From Tubiluchus corallicola (lineage: Eukaryota; Animalia; Priapulida), in NCBI GenBank assembly GCA_030141605.1, contig JAQGDQ010000016.1, positions 1 to 64,000 of the forward strand: DNA of 64,000 nucleotides. Direction: 5' to 3'. Below the pieces are notes generated by a model. That model was not told the DNA's origin and searched no databases. It worked only from the letters and a program-made list of their open reading frames with translations. Within the stretch, counting starts at the first letter, position 1, and each line of letters opens with the position of its first letter. The position numbers and the translations under genes are program-made. Below are positions 50,133 through 61,825 of the stretch, in pieces.

Positions 50133-53100
50133 CCTTTTTTGGAGTAGACACCTGTTTACTGCAACTTGGGCTTATTACAAGTTTAGCAGAATATTAAAAT
50201 TAAAACAAACCGCCTGGGAACAGATTTTCATAGACACAACCAGCTTAAATCATTTAAATTGTTCACAAACTTACCCCAATCAACAATCATACAAAACTGA
50301 ACAAGATGATGCAGAAAAATCAATACTCCTACAACAGTAGTTTTACTGATTACAAGTTTAGTTTTTTTCTAGTTCTTTGAGCGCTTACGTGCACAACTGT
50401 GATAAACTAGACCTGCCGGCAGATGAACGTGCAGAGCTGGATGAATTCATCGATACTTTATACGTAGACATTGAGAAAGGTATTGCTTTCTTTAACATTG
50501 CATTTGAGTATTGCTACTTGTGTTTGTTAACATATTTCACTTTACAGTTGTCTGGGATTAATTTTTGTTTTATAATAATTCTTTCATAGCCAATAGTTAG
50601 TGTATTGTAAATTTTTTTGTAACATCATGTTGCGAAATTTTAATTTCTAAAATTATCATAGTCTAAACTTTTGCACATTTTTTCTTTGCCACCCGATATA
50701 TATCTTTAACTACTACAAATTAATCAGAATAATTTGTTTATGTTTACAGAATCTGGGACATTCTTGAATTGCGAAGGATCGGGCCTGTACTTTTTGCAGA
50801 GCACGTGTAAGTTGAAAAATTGCTGTATATTTCTGTAAACCGATTTTGTGTTTATTCTCACCTAACGACACCAGTGTGTGTGTGATATTAAAGCACAAGA
50901 ATACCCACCACTTACATAAAGCTTAAAAAAATCCATCTTGAAATTTTATACCACTTACTTATTGCCTTTTTTTCATGCAGGGCTTGCGTCGGCAGTAATG
51001 CTGTATAAAACATGTAAGTTTATACTCCCGAAATGACCGTTAGACGCAGCCATTTGAACAATAAGTCGTTTGAAACAAGTTTAGATAACACTAAGTAAAG
51101 TTTGAAAAAATAATCGGAGCATTCGTAGTGCACACGTCACTAACCAAGAAAGATTTTAAATTACTGTATCTTGTCAGTAAAATTAAAAATACGTTATTGG
51201 TTAGTGAGTGGTGCACATTGGAAGTGAGTTAACGACATTTTGCCAATATCTTAAATAATTAATAATTTTCTGTTCTAGTTACATAAGTCTTTCAAGCAGG
51301 CAAGCGAAATGCTAAGTAACGTAGATTTGCATGGAAGGTTTTTTGCAATCTCCTTTTCTTCCTCTGATTTACATTGTGCGTATATGACGACATGTAATGG
51401 TGCCGTCGGAACAGTATTGCGGGAGATTTAAAATTAAAACAAACAAAAATTCCTTTTAATGAGAGTATGATCTATGCATAAAAATGCTATAAGGTAATAT
51501 AGTTTTTAAGATGATTTTTCTGAAACCTACTTCACGTAGCACTTTTCTTGTCCGTTAAGTGTTAATGGCATGTTCATAAGTAAGAACAACATTTACATTA
51601 TTATTTTCAAATCTCAGGTCTCTGTTGAATTTCAGTTGTCATTATTTGCCCATTATAACAAGGAAATATAAGCTGAAAGTTAGAAATTACACAATGTGAG
51701 TAAAAAACAGATTTTCCTGTAAACGTTTTATTTTAAAGGCACACACAGTCTCTCTTGGTTTGTTGTACAAACATGTCAAGTGGTTAGATAGCTAAAATGG
51801 AAATCTTCGAGGTACTTTAGTAATCAAGGCATTTCAAAACAGTGATACAATCGAAGGAAGTCGTTTGTATAGAAATTTTATTTTTCGCTTTGAAAATATC
51901 TGTAACAACAGAATTGTTTTTTGCATATCTTATCCATGTTCGGAGCACATGTTTACATCACCACGAATCTCATAAATTGGGTCTGCTTATGCCGGCATTT
52001 TAACAATGTGCATCGTGATGTTAGAGTTGTTACTTTTGTATCTGAAGTAGAATCGACAACCGATATCGGCAGATCAACTAGTTTGATGAAAAAGTTGTAG
52101 GCTGGCGAAATAAACTTGTTCAAAACTCGGTAGTTTTACATGTGCTGTCAGTTATCTAATCATAATAATTGTCTATCCAATAGTCCATATTACCCAAACA
52201 TAAACAGTAAAGGCGGACATCATCCCCGTCATTTAAACAGTAAAAATAAAGTATATTCAAGATGGCATCTTAGCAAAACATTATTTTAAACGTGACTACT
52301 TATTCGCTCATTGCTTGCTGCCCCGCCCTTCCAACCTAATATGATAAAACTACTGTATTAACTCAATAAGCAAAGTACCTTTAGTTTCATACAAAATATG
52401 TAGTTATAGAATATACAAACTGATAACTATGAAACTTATTAACAGGTGGCAGCACTAACAAATATATGGTGATAGAAAATACAAACTGATTAATACAAAA
52501 CTTATTAGTAGGTGGCAGCACTAACAAATATATGATGATAGAAAATATAAACTGATAAATGCAAAACTTATTAGCAGGTGTCGGCACTAACAAATATGTA
52601 GTGATCTGTTAGTATCTGTGACAATATGAAAGGTTATTGTGTTCTGTGTCATCTATCATGCTCATGTTGCATAGTTTTGTAGAAACTTCCATTTGTATAA
52701 GAATCTTAAAATAAATACCTTGTCATTATTTATGAATATGAAAATCAACAACTGAAGCAGCAACAACAAAGAAATGACATGTTCGAATTCCAGCATTTTT
52801 TTGCGTGGCAGTTACGTGAATTAATTCATAAAATGCGTTAAATCTCAACAATTGAACATTTGCCGTACTGTATCTGCACTCACCAAGCTTCGGCTGCGTG
52901 TGGTGAGTGATGTCATGGCAGGATGAGGATGATTGTCGGAAAAGTATTATGGGATACCTGTGCCTGTGTTTACTGTGGTGACAATCTGGCTGATGAGCTG
53001 CCGAGTGCAGAACTGTTGGAAGTACAAAAGTTTATTTTTGTGTTGTGGAACTTCTTTGTATGTTATACGTGTGCAAAATGCCCAGAATTTATGTATCACG

Positions 53101-55230
53101 GGGGATGTAGTAAAGCAACAAGTGATGGTGACAATCTTTTCAAGTTTCCTGCCTTGACGTCATCAATGAATGGCCGCCCGAGCGCTGAATTGCGTGTATA
53201 AAGCAATTGGCGTGAGTAAATTGAGCAATTATTTACCTACTTACTGTATTATTTTATGAAAGCAATTGGAATATCATTTCAACACGTTCCTTAAACTTTT
53301 GTTAAAAATTGTTGGCAAGGCTGGGCTTTTACTTTAAATATAAGAAACTTTCCTTTCCCACAGGTAACCACAGTTGCGTTCCAAATGCCGAAATCCAGTT
53401 TCCACACAACAATCACAAGCTGTGTCTAGTCGCATTGGAGGGCATTCCCGAGGGTGCAGAAATTTGTATCTCGTACTTGGACGAGTGCAGTTTACGGCGG
53501 AGCAGACACAGTCGTCAGAAATTACTCAGGTTTGTGTGCGTGCTTAGTGGAATTCGAAATTCATCAATATATCAGGACTTTGTTGAATTGCATCCGCCCC
53601 CCCCCCAAAAAAAAATCCACTTTAACATTGAAGGTTACCACTGGATTTGTTTAATATAATAGTAACAATATTTGTTTTGTATAGCGTCTAAATCTATCGA
53701 CAGCACAACTGACAATATTCAAAGGCACTTCACAAACACATCTAACATCACCATGACGGACTTAAAACAAAAGGCTTGCAAGATTAAACACAAAGTCTAC
53801 TAAATCTTGTAAAATTACAATAAGTAAATACATAAAAAACACACAGATTTACAAAATATAACGATAAATCAAAATTTCAGATACTTCAAAGATCATATGT
53901 TATCTTAAATAAGTATGTTTTAATTTGCATTTTAAAAGTATTAGTGTTTAAAAGTGTCCTGATGTGGATAGGCAGGCTGTTTATCTGGATGAGCTCGTGT
54001 GAACACAAAACGCACGTAGTTCACATGTTCTATCAAGAAAATTCTGAACTGTTTGCATTGTCTTTAAATTTTCACAATGCAGTTACTAACAGCATGTTCA
54101 CACTAGTGCGTTTTCTTGCAAACCATGTTGAGACTAAAGAGCAAAACTTGCTGCGAGTTACCGTCTGACAATTAGCTCGTGCTGATGCTCACTCATTGTC
54201 GAGAGTAACTCACTGTGGCGTTCACACTAGACAGTAAATCAACTTGCAGCAACTGTCAAAGACCTTGCAATTTCTTGCCGACAATAACTCATAAACTGGT
54301 TCACACTTACGAGTTTGCCATCAGAGAAAAAAGTTGCGACAGAAAGCTCGTTAGTCTGAATGGACAAGTTTGAATCAACTCACTGTAGATACCTACATTC
54401 TATCTTAAAGATTTCAGGGCAAGAAATAAAAGTGATGTGCCAATTATAGAAACTATGAAAGGATGTCAGGAAGTGATTGACCCATCTGTCATTTATATAA
54501 TAATATTTTAACATTAGGTTCTGATTTTTTGGTGCTGTACTTCTCTGTTCAGCGGGGTATTGCTTCTTGGCATTTGTGCTTAAACTTAGTTCTCATTTTG
54601 TAAATGAACGAGCTAGCAAAATAAGCTTTTCACAGTTCCGGCGATTGATGATGATCGTGAAAAGGTCATAGATTAAATGTACCAGACAACGCAGTTGGGT
54701 ACACTTCACAACGCCTCGCAGTCCGTGCTGTTGTAATAGTAATAGCTTTAACAGGTAGCTAGAACCTTACTTAGTTCATTTTTTCTTGTTTCCAAGCAAG
54801 ATCCTGCTTGTAAATCACTCCATACACAGACTAATGCATAATTAAGTAAAGTCCACCTAAAATAATTGAAGTTACTGAACTGGTTCTGCAGACGGTTTTG
54901 CTTTACCCACAAATCACTTGACGGTTGTAGTTAGGATGAGTTGCTTTGGTACGTTTAACCTTTGACCTACAGCAACTGCGCGTGCGTGTCTCAGAAATGT
55001 CCGGTAAACACATTATAGCATTCCGCCTTTTTCATACTTTGACACTTCATGACTTGTACAATCACTTTTTCTCTTTGTCTTTCAGAGAGAACTACTTATT
55101 CAACTGCACGTGTTCAAAATGTGAAATGGAAGCAGATCAGGGCAACATCACCTCCGAGGACGATGACGACAATGACGACGGAAACGAGATTGGTGCTGAA
55201 ACGTGCGACAAAATGGATCAAGTTTCATGA
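32426..55230 (+). CDS. SMYD5: SET and MYND domain-containing protein 5, lysine methyltransferase, about 398 aa, 11 exons
   Basis: Exons 32426-32467, 32979-33227, 34346-34467, 37003-37072, 46154-46258, 46600-46662, 48369-48439, 50373-50479, 50750-50806, 53364-53529 and 55086-55230 (1197 nt, in frame). SMYD5-specific motifs: [95 protein letters not shown], and an acidic tail. Confidence 0.95.
33364..33750. mobile_element. hAT-type MITE
   Basis: TAGTGTTT...GGGTA / TACCCG...AAACACTA ends, an 8-bp TSD aacttttc/aacttttt, and repeated GGGTACCC motifs. Confidence 0.7.
34690..35150. repeat. Dispersed repeat (family E); related copies at about 4800-5130 (inverted) and 50900-51330
   Basis: Shared CATCTTGAAATTTTA and TAATCAGAGCATTC...CACTAACTAAG blocks. 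Confidence 0.6.
36000..36330. repeat. Compound (GCT)n/(ACT)n microsatellite
   Basis: Read directly from the sequence. Confidence 0.95.
36700..36910 (+). mobile_element. LINE (CR1/L2-like) 3' end remnant
   Basis: Stem-loop GGGGTGG...CCACCCC followed by AATAAA and a (TTGAA)n tail. A similar stem-loop motif occurs at about 32800-32840. Confidence 0.45.
39123..39825. mobile_element. Tc1/mariner-type MITE inserted upstream of the intact GPCR
   Basis: TIR CAGTAGGCG..GC.TAATAGAC...GTCTATTAAGCTGCGCCTACTG|TA. It is absent at the homologous site of the duplicate (about 42890), and a related end occurs at about 9565-9633. Confidence 0.8.
39971..40819 (+). CDS. Intronless rhodopsin-class (class A) orphan GPCR nested in SMYD5 intron 4, 282 aa (an upstream in-frame ATG exists at 39929)
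   Basis: Seven hydrophobic segments with GN (TM1), SLAVTD (TM2), IAIERY (TM3), W (TM4), FLP (TM5), CWGP (TM6), [10 protein letters not shown] (TM7) and helix 8 FRMAFKK. N-glycosylation sequons NTS and NFS are present. Confidence 0.92.
   Translation: MPSGNTSNFSTLSDGTSSAYRWSHTVLIVAVCIVVVLTLVIISGNLLLMIAVYKHEQLQTKMNVLIVSLAVTDLLYGLLGLPLEILFWQFRSGHGLLLVTVQIVFSVGTTHLWLIAIERYLAVLHPYKYNVYITRRTLAVAIVTAWFYSIILVCLEMHVAAIININTFFLPMFIMLLLYALIWKAARRQLLQIHNQNREARVKVTEMKATKTLTIVTAVFFICWGPPLIASLITKLTRFSVSDKIYKLLVLLGLCNSAANPIIYAASHSKFRMAFKKTIRCE
43283..44131 (+). pseudogene. Frameshifted tandem paralog of the nested GPCR
   Basis: Collinear with 39971-40819 from [10 protein letters not shown] to FKKIIRCE*. Frame disruptions occur at about 43420 (TM1, giving an early TAA), about 43838 (end of TM5) and about 43968 (CWGP motif). 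Confidence 0.85.
45677..46066. repeat. 38-bp minisatellite, about 10 copies (AATTCTACCATGCTCTACTGCATCATGAGGTTCAGAGC)
   Basis: Period 38 (e.g. 45791, 45829). It ends about 90 bp before SMYD5 exon 5. Confidence 0.93.
50070..50127. repeat. (CT)n microsatellite
   Basis: Read directly from the sequence. Confidence 0.95.
52392..52600. repeat. 66-bp tandem repeat, 3 copies
   Basis: GGTGGCAGCACTAAC at 52445 and 52511, with the variant GGTGTCGGCACTAAC at 52577. Confidence 0.85.
53660..53985 (-). mobile_element. L2-like LINE 3' end remnant
   Basis: The minus strand reads ...GTGAAGTGCCTTTGA...GACGCTATACAAAACAAATATTGTTACTATTA, resembling L2 3' termini. Confidence 0.4.
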
Positions 55231-58200
55231 TATTTAGATATCATATTAGATTGTCTTGATATCTGTGATCATCTATAATAATGACATCTATGTCATTGGC
55301 AGTCACAGCCCATATCTGAAATTAGTAACGGTGCTGTTTCAGAAAATTTTTAGCCATTGTTTTTATACAGTGTAAAACGAAGCAAACATATGTAATTTTA
55401 ATGATGTAATTTGTAATTGTAATTTTAAACGAACAAAGTTTATGCACAAACTTGATAAAATTCAAAACAGAAAAAATATTTTTTGTTTACTAATAGCCTA
55501 AATTGTCCCAGTTCAGGCTTGATTCATTCGTGGTAAACACGTGACAACTGGCAACAAACCGTGTGAGGGACAGTACTTTCTCTACCCGGGCTCAAACATG
55601 TGCACATGGCCGCATGTGCACAACAGCCAAACACCGCATTGCTGGAGTGCACTGTGCTGGGCTGTGAAGCAAACAGTACTACCCTCACGTGCTCTGGTTC
55701 GTACAAGTATAAAGAAAGAACTAAAGAAACAAGAATTGTTATATTGTATATTATCGATAATATCAAAGTGAAAATAGGGGCTGCTGCAGTTCCACAGTAT
55801 TATTGCAGAGGTCCTCACATCACAAATTATTAATGCATTTTTGGAAGTGCGGGGTCTGTTGTTGTTGTTGTCACGTTTGTCACATTGTAGGAGACAGAAA
55901 TTTTGTCCAAAGACAATACAGGCCGTAACTGTCCGATTTTTACCTCAAAACTACATCTGGTTCCTGGTAAACGACACGAAAGAGGCATCGGAATGTTGCT
56001 ATACACCATCTCTTTTGTGAGAAATCCACAAAGAAACCAATCTGGGCTTATACTTGCTCAATTCCAGTATGGCCGGTGCTTGCAATAAGTTCTGTGTTCT
56101 ACACCCGGTCCGAGATGCCGGATCCAAACATTATAGTGTTTCTTTGTGTGTCTTCACATACGTTGCACTCATTACAATAAACATTGACAGTGTGTCAGAG
56201 AATATTGACAGTCTGTCTGAATATTGACAATGCTTGGTAACTTGTGTATAAAGACTGTGTAAATCATGTAAATCAGGTAATCAGAAAAGAAGCCTTTATT
56301 AGCTTAAATTTAATATTTGTGTACTTATTTTATTGTATACATGTTTAACTTTGAATCCGTATTTGCATTACATGGTATTTGTAATATAGTTAAGAATAGA
56401 AATAGTATTATTCACACTAAATAAATTTAGTGCCGGCATATTATGTTTTTTGCTACATTTTTTCAAGTTTTAGTTCATTTATATTGATGATGTATTATTT
56501 TCCTGTGTCGATGTAGCAGAACCTGTTCAATAATTTAGTCTTGTTTTAAAATGTGTGAAACTTCATTGTTGTACGTACATTGTGTAGGTGCATATGTAAT
56601 GTGTGGGATAAACAAAGTACTGTATGTTTGTAGCTGTTTGCTAAAAAAAGACAAATGCTCTGGGATGTCAAGTTGTTAGAAAGGTTTAGCAATGAAAGTG
56701 CAATAAACGCCTCGTGTAATGAGTAAGATCACTTTAAAGTCGCGATCACGTCATGCTTGGGCCCTTCAATTTTGAGAGGGTATTCTTCCACCAATGACGT
56801 CGTTTGTCGATAAAGAAAAGAAACTCGCTGTCAGTTTCCACCAAAGAGTAATAAGTTTTTACGAAAAATCAGAGAGGCAATTTTGTGATATTTTTGCATG
56901 AAGTAGACGAGCTGCAGAAGTTTGAAGTGGTTTAAGCAGTGTGCATTGTTGGAAAGCCACGATGTGCTTACGAAAAGTCACTAAGCCCACTTGTTACGTC
57001 ATAATTTGCAAGTGAATGGTGGCCACCATTGTTCCTGAAATTTCTATACAGCATTAAAATAAATTAACTTTGTGCTTCGCAAACAATTTTTGCCAATTCC
57101 TTTGTTACATTTTCCAACTAACAGTAAAATAAACCCAATATGCTGAATGACTTGTTGTTTCCTTTAGCTCTAGTAATAAACTACATGCTTTTTCTAAATT
57201 GAATAATTTTTATGTTGTAGTATTAGTGAACAATTAAAGTACAATATGACTCTATAGGCTTGACATCGCTGAAGAGCAATTAAACTTGTGACTGACAGCA
57301 GTGGATGTTGTGACGGTTTTCTTAACAAATCTAGGCAGCTTAGACAGGCGGTTTTACAAGTTTGATCATCAACCCGCTGTTTCCTTAATTGAATCATTAT
57401 TTTTGTTGATATTAACAAGGCACACGATAGCTCCAAGCCTTATCGAAACCTTAATACCATATAAGTACGTTTATTTAACGTGAGCTCAGTAACAACTGGG
57501 TCGATTTGAGTGTGAAATGCACTGAGGGTTCAGTGGGCTGAGAGCATGTGAGCGAACTTTGTGTTGTGTTGTAAAAACTAGCTGTATTGCACTTAACTTG
57601 TTGTTTTAATTGGTTTGTATTTAAAGCCAGCCTCTTGCCAATTTTCCAAGTAATCTTTAGGCACAAAATTAAGTGGTCTCTTCCTCCAATAATATAATTC
57701 GGAAGACCCCGTGGCGTCTATCGAAACACTTAATAACTGAGTGAATAAAGTAATGAATTCAACAAATCACTAAATAAATTAGGTAAATGAGGGATAAATA
57801 AGTAACACTTGATAATTAAATTAGTAAAAAAGAAAATAAGAAATAAGCAAATATTGGTACTAATGGCTTAATTGAATTTACCTGTTTAACTGTTTATTTT
57901 CTTACCTTTTTTTGTTTACACAATTTTCAACTGGTTTAAGCCTTATAATTCATATTATTTACTTATTGACGTTTGTGGACGCATAATTTATCCACAATTT
58001 TTAAATGAATTTCTGTTCTTGTTAATGCCTACATTTTTGAAAGTCGGTGCACAAATAGCGGAAACTGTAGCGTTTTTCGGGAAAAATCTGTTTCCATCTT
58101 GCCGCCTTGCAGAGGCGCAGCCAGGTTTTAAAATTAGGGTAGCAAGCGCATAAAAAAGCGCCATGGCACATAGCAAACAACTTTTAATGCATTTGATTAA

Positions 58201-58756
58201 ATTCAAACACGAGAAAGATACAGTTTTGACGGAAGTACATACATAATTCTTATATGGTAACTCTTATTTAACATTGAAATACAATAAATTGTCTGTTGGT
58301 TCTTTGCTTCTATCGAACAAATGAGTTACCTAAATGCACGCTGATCAATGCAAAGTAATGACGCCAGAAAATTTATCCAAGGCTATGCGATAAAACGATT
58401 GGATTACAATTATCATACTAGTGAACTACACAGTTTAAAAGTTGTTGAAAAGGTGGCAGTTTTGAAAAATGTTCTCCCTTGCTCCCCCATTAGTTACGCC
58501 TCTGCCACCAAGCCCATTCTCGTTGGAAAAACCTGGAAACGTCTGACATTTTCGGGGAAAACTAGGAGAAACTTGTAGCTTATTCAATAATTTTGTTGCT
58601 AAACACTACAAACAAACATTACTTAGAATAACGAGTCACTTGCACACATGCATATAAATTATGTACTTACACACACTTGAAATTTTAGTCCTCTGGATTC
58701 TGAAATGTACTCCACCTCTCTTTCTCTCTCTATTTACCACTCTCTCTCTTTCCCTG

Positions 58757-58798
<42 letters not shown>

Positions 58799-58884
58799 CT
58801 CATCTCAGCTCTACTCGAATCCACGCCATCTACTGCCATATATTTAAAATTATTCTGCCAAATATTCTGCCATTTGATTACGGT

Positions 58885-60075
58885 GCGCGGTAAAAGTGGC
58901 ACAGAAAAAATAGTACCGTAAAAATGACACAGGAAAAAATGAGACAGGTAAAAATGGCACAGGAAGAATGGCGCAAATGGAAAAGTAGGTAAAATGGCGC
59001 AGATGGAAAAGTAGGCAAAATGGCAATAATGGAAAAGTAGGAAAAATGGCTCATACATTATTTTGATGTAATTGATTTATGTAATAAAACTAAAATGGGC
59101 TCAGTGGGAAGCAGATTTCTGCCAAAGCCGAATAATTCTAACTTATTCGTCTGATATTTTTGATTAAAACAAAGATAAACAATCAAACATACAAAAATGT
59201 ACATGTGCTAGTATTACATAGACTAGCAAAAAAGAGTGAAAAGACTCATAAAATATTTGTTCATTAAGTAGATAACCAATAATGCACGAATGTTCCACAT
59301 AGTATTTATCTACCCTTTTACCCATTTTGGCCATTGTCATAGACTGACAAATACGTGCAAGTTACCTTATAAGGCTATACACATTCATAAGCAAAGGTTT
59401 TAGAAAGCGTTGTAAACATGGCTTTACAAGCGAGAATTTCTTGAAATGGAACCTGGAACTAACTCGTAGTTGTTTGTCCAGGTGGAGATAACAAAAAGAA
59501 GCACCAAACACTCCCTCTGAGACCTGCACGAAGTGCTTCCCAATTTTTTGCATGTGTTGTTTTGAGAAAAAGGAACCTGTAAAAAATTCTTATTTTAGCA
59601 TCCTGTGCCCGCCTTCTCCACGAAGTTTCTTGCAAATATGTTAAATAGTTTTTGCGTAATAGGCTTACTGCCATAACAGACAAAAACAACCAAACAAACA
59701 GACAAACAAAGAAACAAACTGTACTGAAGCATAACTTCCTAGGCAAAGGTAAAAATAACTAAAATAATTATCGCCCACGGTAATACTAACCCTAAACACA
59801 TATTTTACTAAGTGTGCCATTTTTACCTGCTTTTCCATTTGTGCCCTTTTTACCAGTGCCATTTTTGCTGTGAAATTTTTACCTGTACCATGCTAACCTA
59901 CTTTTGCATTTGTGCCATTTTTCTTGTGCCATTTTTTCCTGTGCAATTTTTTCTTGTGCCATTTTTCCTGTGCAATTTTTTCTTGTGCCATTTTTCCTGT
60001 GCCATGTTTTCTTGTACCATTTTTACCAGTGCCATTTTTATCGTGCAAATTTTTCCTGTGCCATTTTTACCTACA
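58885..60075. mobile_element. Foldback-type DNA element with inverted arrays of a short motif
   Basis: The left end carries tandem GGTAAAAATGGCACAGGAA motifs (58890-59050). The right end carries their reverse complement TGTGCCATTTTTACC/TTCC (59810-60070). The spacer is AT-rich with no ORF. Confidence 0.7.
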
Positions 60076-60872
60076 TTCAAATTCGACCGCATCTCTATGT
60101 CTACGTGAGTGCATTAGTTTGTGTTTGTGTGTGTGCGTGTGCGTGCGATTGTGAGAGAGTGGATAAATTTTCAAAGTTTTCATTCCTACAAAACAAAAAT
60201 AAAAATAAAATCTTTCAGGCTTTCAGTTAACCACGCCAAACACCAGTATAAAATGGATGAAGTGAAAGCTTTCTGGGCTGCTATTATGGAAATATTGGAA
60301 TTCTGGCAAGAGTGTAGACACATTATCATTAAGAAGCCACCACATAACCATTTTAATGTTGCTAAATGTCGTTGTTGTTGTTGTCGTCGTCGTCGCCGTT
60401 GTTGTTGTTGCATCATTGGTTAACCTACAATACAGCGCTGCGAAAGTAATAGTTTTCTTTATAACTTTTAAAGTAAAGTAAAGAGTCTTAACAATATTAA
60501 TTTAATTTAAAACAAGTGTGATTTTATATGGTGCTACAAATTTATATGGTCTACTGACAATCATGGACCATTATGGAAATAATACGTTCTAAAGCTATTT
60601 GTAACATTTTCATATAAAAATAAATTCTTATCTTATCTGGTCTCCTCTCATTTCACCTCACTTCACCTCACCTCGCCCCAACCCACTGCCAATAAACAGG
60701 TAAAATTTTAATAAGCTATGTTTAAAACTATAAACGCCGTTCACAGTTCAAAATGTTAGGTAGATGGGTACAGGAGAATGAGTTAGCTTGGCTGGGTTGT
60801 TTTTCATATCATTAGACACTACGGTCTTCAGTTCACCTTTTATCACCTTTTTTCACTTATTGACATGACAAC

Positions 60873-61362
60873 CAGCGGCGGATTATGATTTTATGGGCCT
60901 TAGGCTTGAGCTTGGAACGGGCCTTTTAAATGTTGCTACACTGCTGAGCTGACGTGTTTTTGTGGAGCTCTCGTCGTTTGTAAAGGATGACAAATTAAAC
61001 AATTTATCACTGATGCATATTGAGTCAGATATGTTGAAAAAAATGGACTTTTCAGAAATCATAACTGACTTTGTCCCCAGAAAAATTCGGAAACTGAAAT
61101 TTTGAACTTAAACTGTGTAAACGTGAATTGTGTAAACTTAAATTGTGTAAACTTGATTTGTGTAAACCCGATTTGAAATATAGTGACTGACTTTTGAAAA
61201 AAAAAAACTTTTTTCTATATTTTATTTTGGCGGGCCCCTTGCTCTTTTGTCAATTTATTTTTTTTACTACAAAAAATTTTTTTTCGTTTTATTTTGCCGG
61301 GCCCCTTTTGATCCCGGGCCTTAGGCTTCAGCCTATTCAGCCTATAGGGCTATCCGCTACAG
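60873..61362 (+). mobile_element. Deleted hAT transposon retaining the transposase C-terminus
   Basis: Perfect 8-bp TSD ATGACAAC and ends CAGCGGCGGAT...ATCCGCTACAG. The internal reading DDKLNNLSLMHIESDMLKKMDFSEIITDFVPRKIRKLKF* matches the end of a hAT dimerisation domain. Confidence 0.85.
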
Positions 61363-61825
61363 ATGACAACCATGCTGTAAACACAATATTTGTAACAGCC
61401 ATTAACTTAGGTCATAGAGCAGGAAGCTTCACAATCAATGGCTCATTTAGTGGGGGTCATTTAAAACTTCCTGTTTAACACCACTCTGGGTCAAAGGTCA
61501 CACAGGATACAGCACAATTTCATCCTTTATCCATCACTATAGTGTGCATCGAGTCAGAAAGCAATAAGCTAATTTAATTAGACTACTAATTACGTCTAGT
61601 GCTGCTTATGATTATGGCTCATTTAAATAACTAGAATTTCATTTTGATGTCTATAAAAAATTTATTTGACATGAATCCTGTTTAGAACAACACAGTTTAT
61701 TTTATAACTGTTATGCCGTATTAATTTCTATCACACATATGCTGCAAAACGTACACCTAGGGCAAAGGAGAAAGCCCCAGTCTGGTCCTCCGTTAGTTGG
61801 AAACAAATTCGAAACATCCATTCGG

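Noticed and set aside
52923-53201. Cys-containing ORF resembling a PHD/zinc finger
   Set aside because: Cys/His spacing is incomplete, it is intronic and has no convincing splice context. At most it is a decayed transposon fragment.
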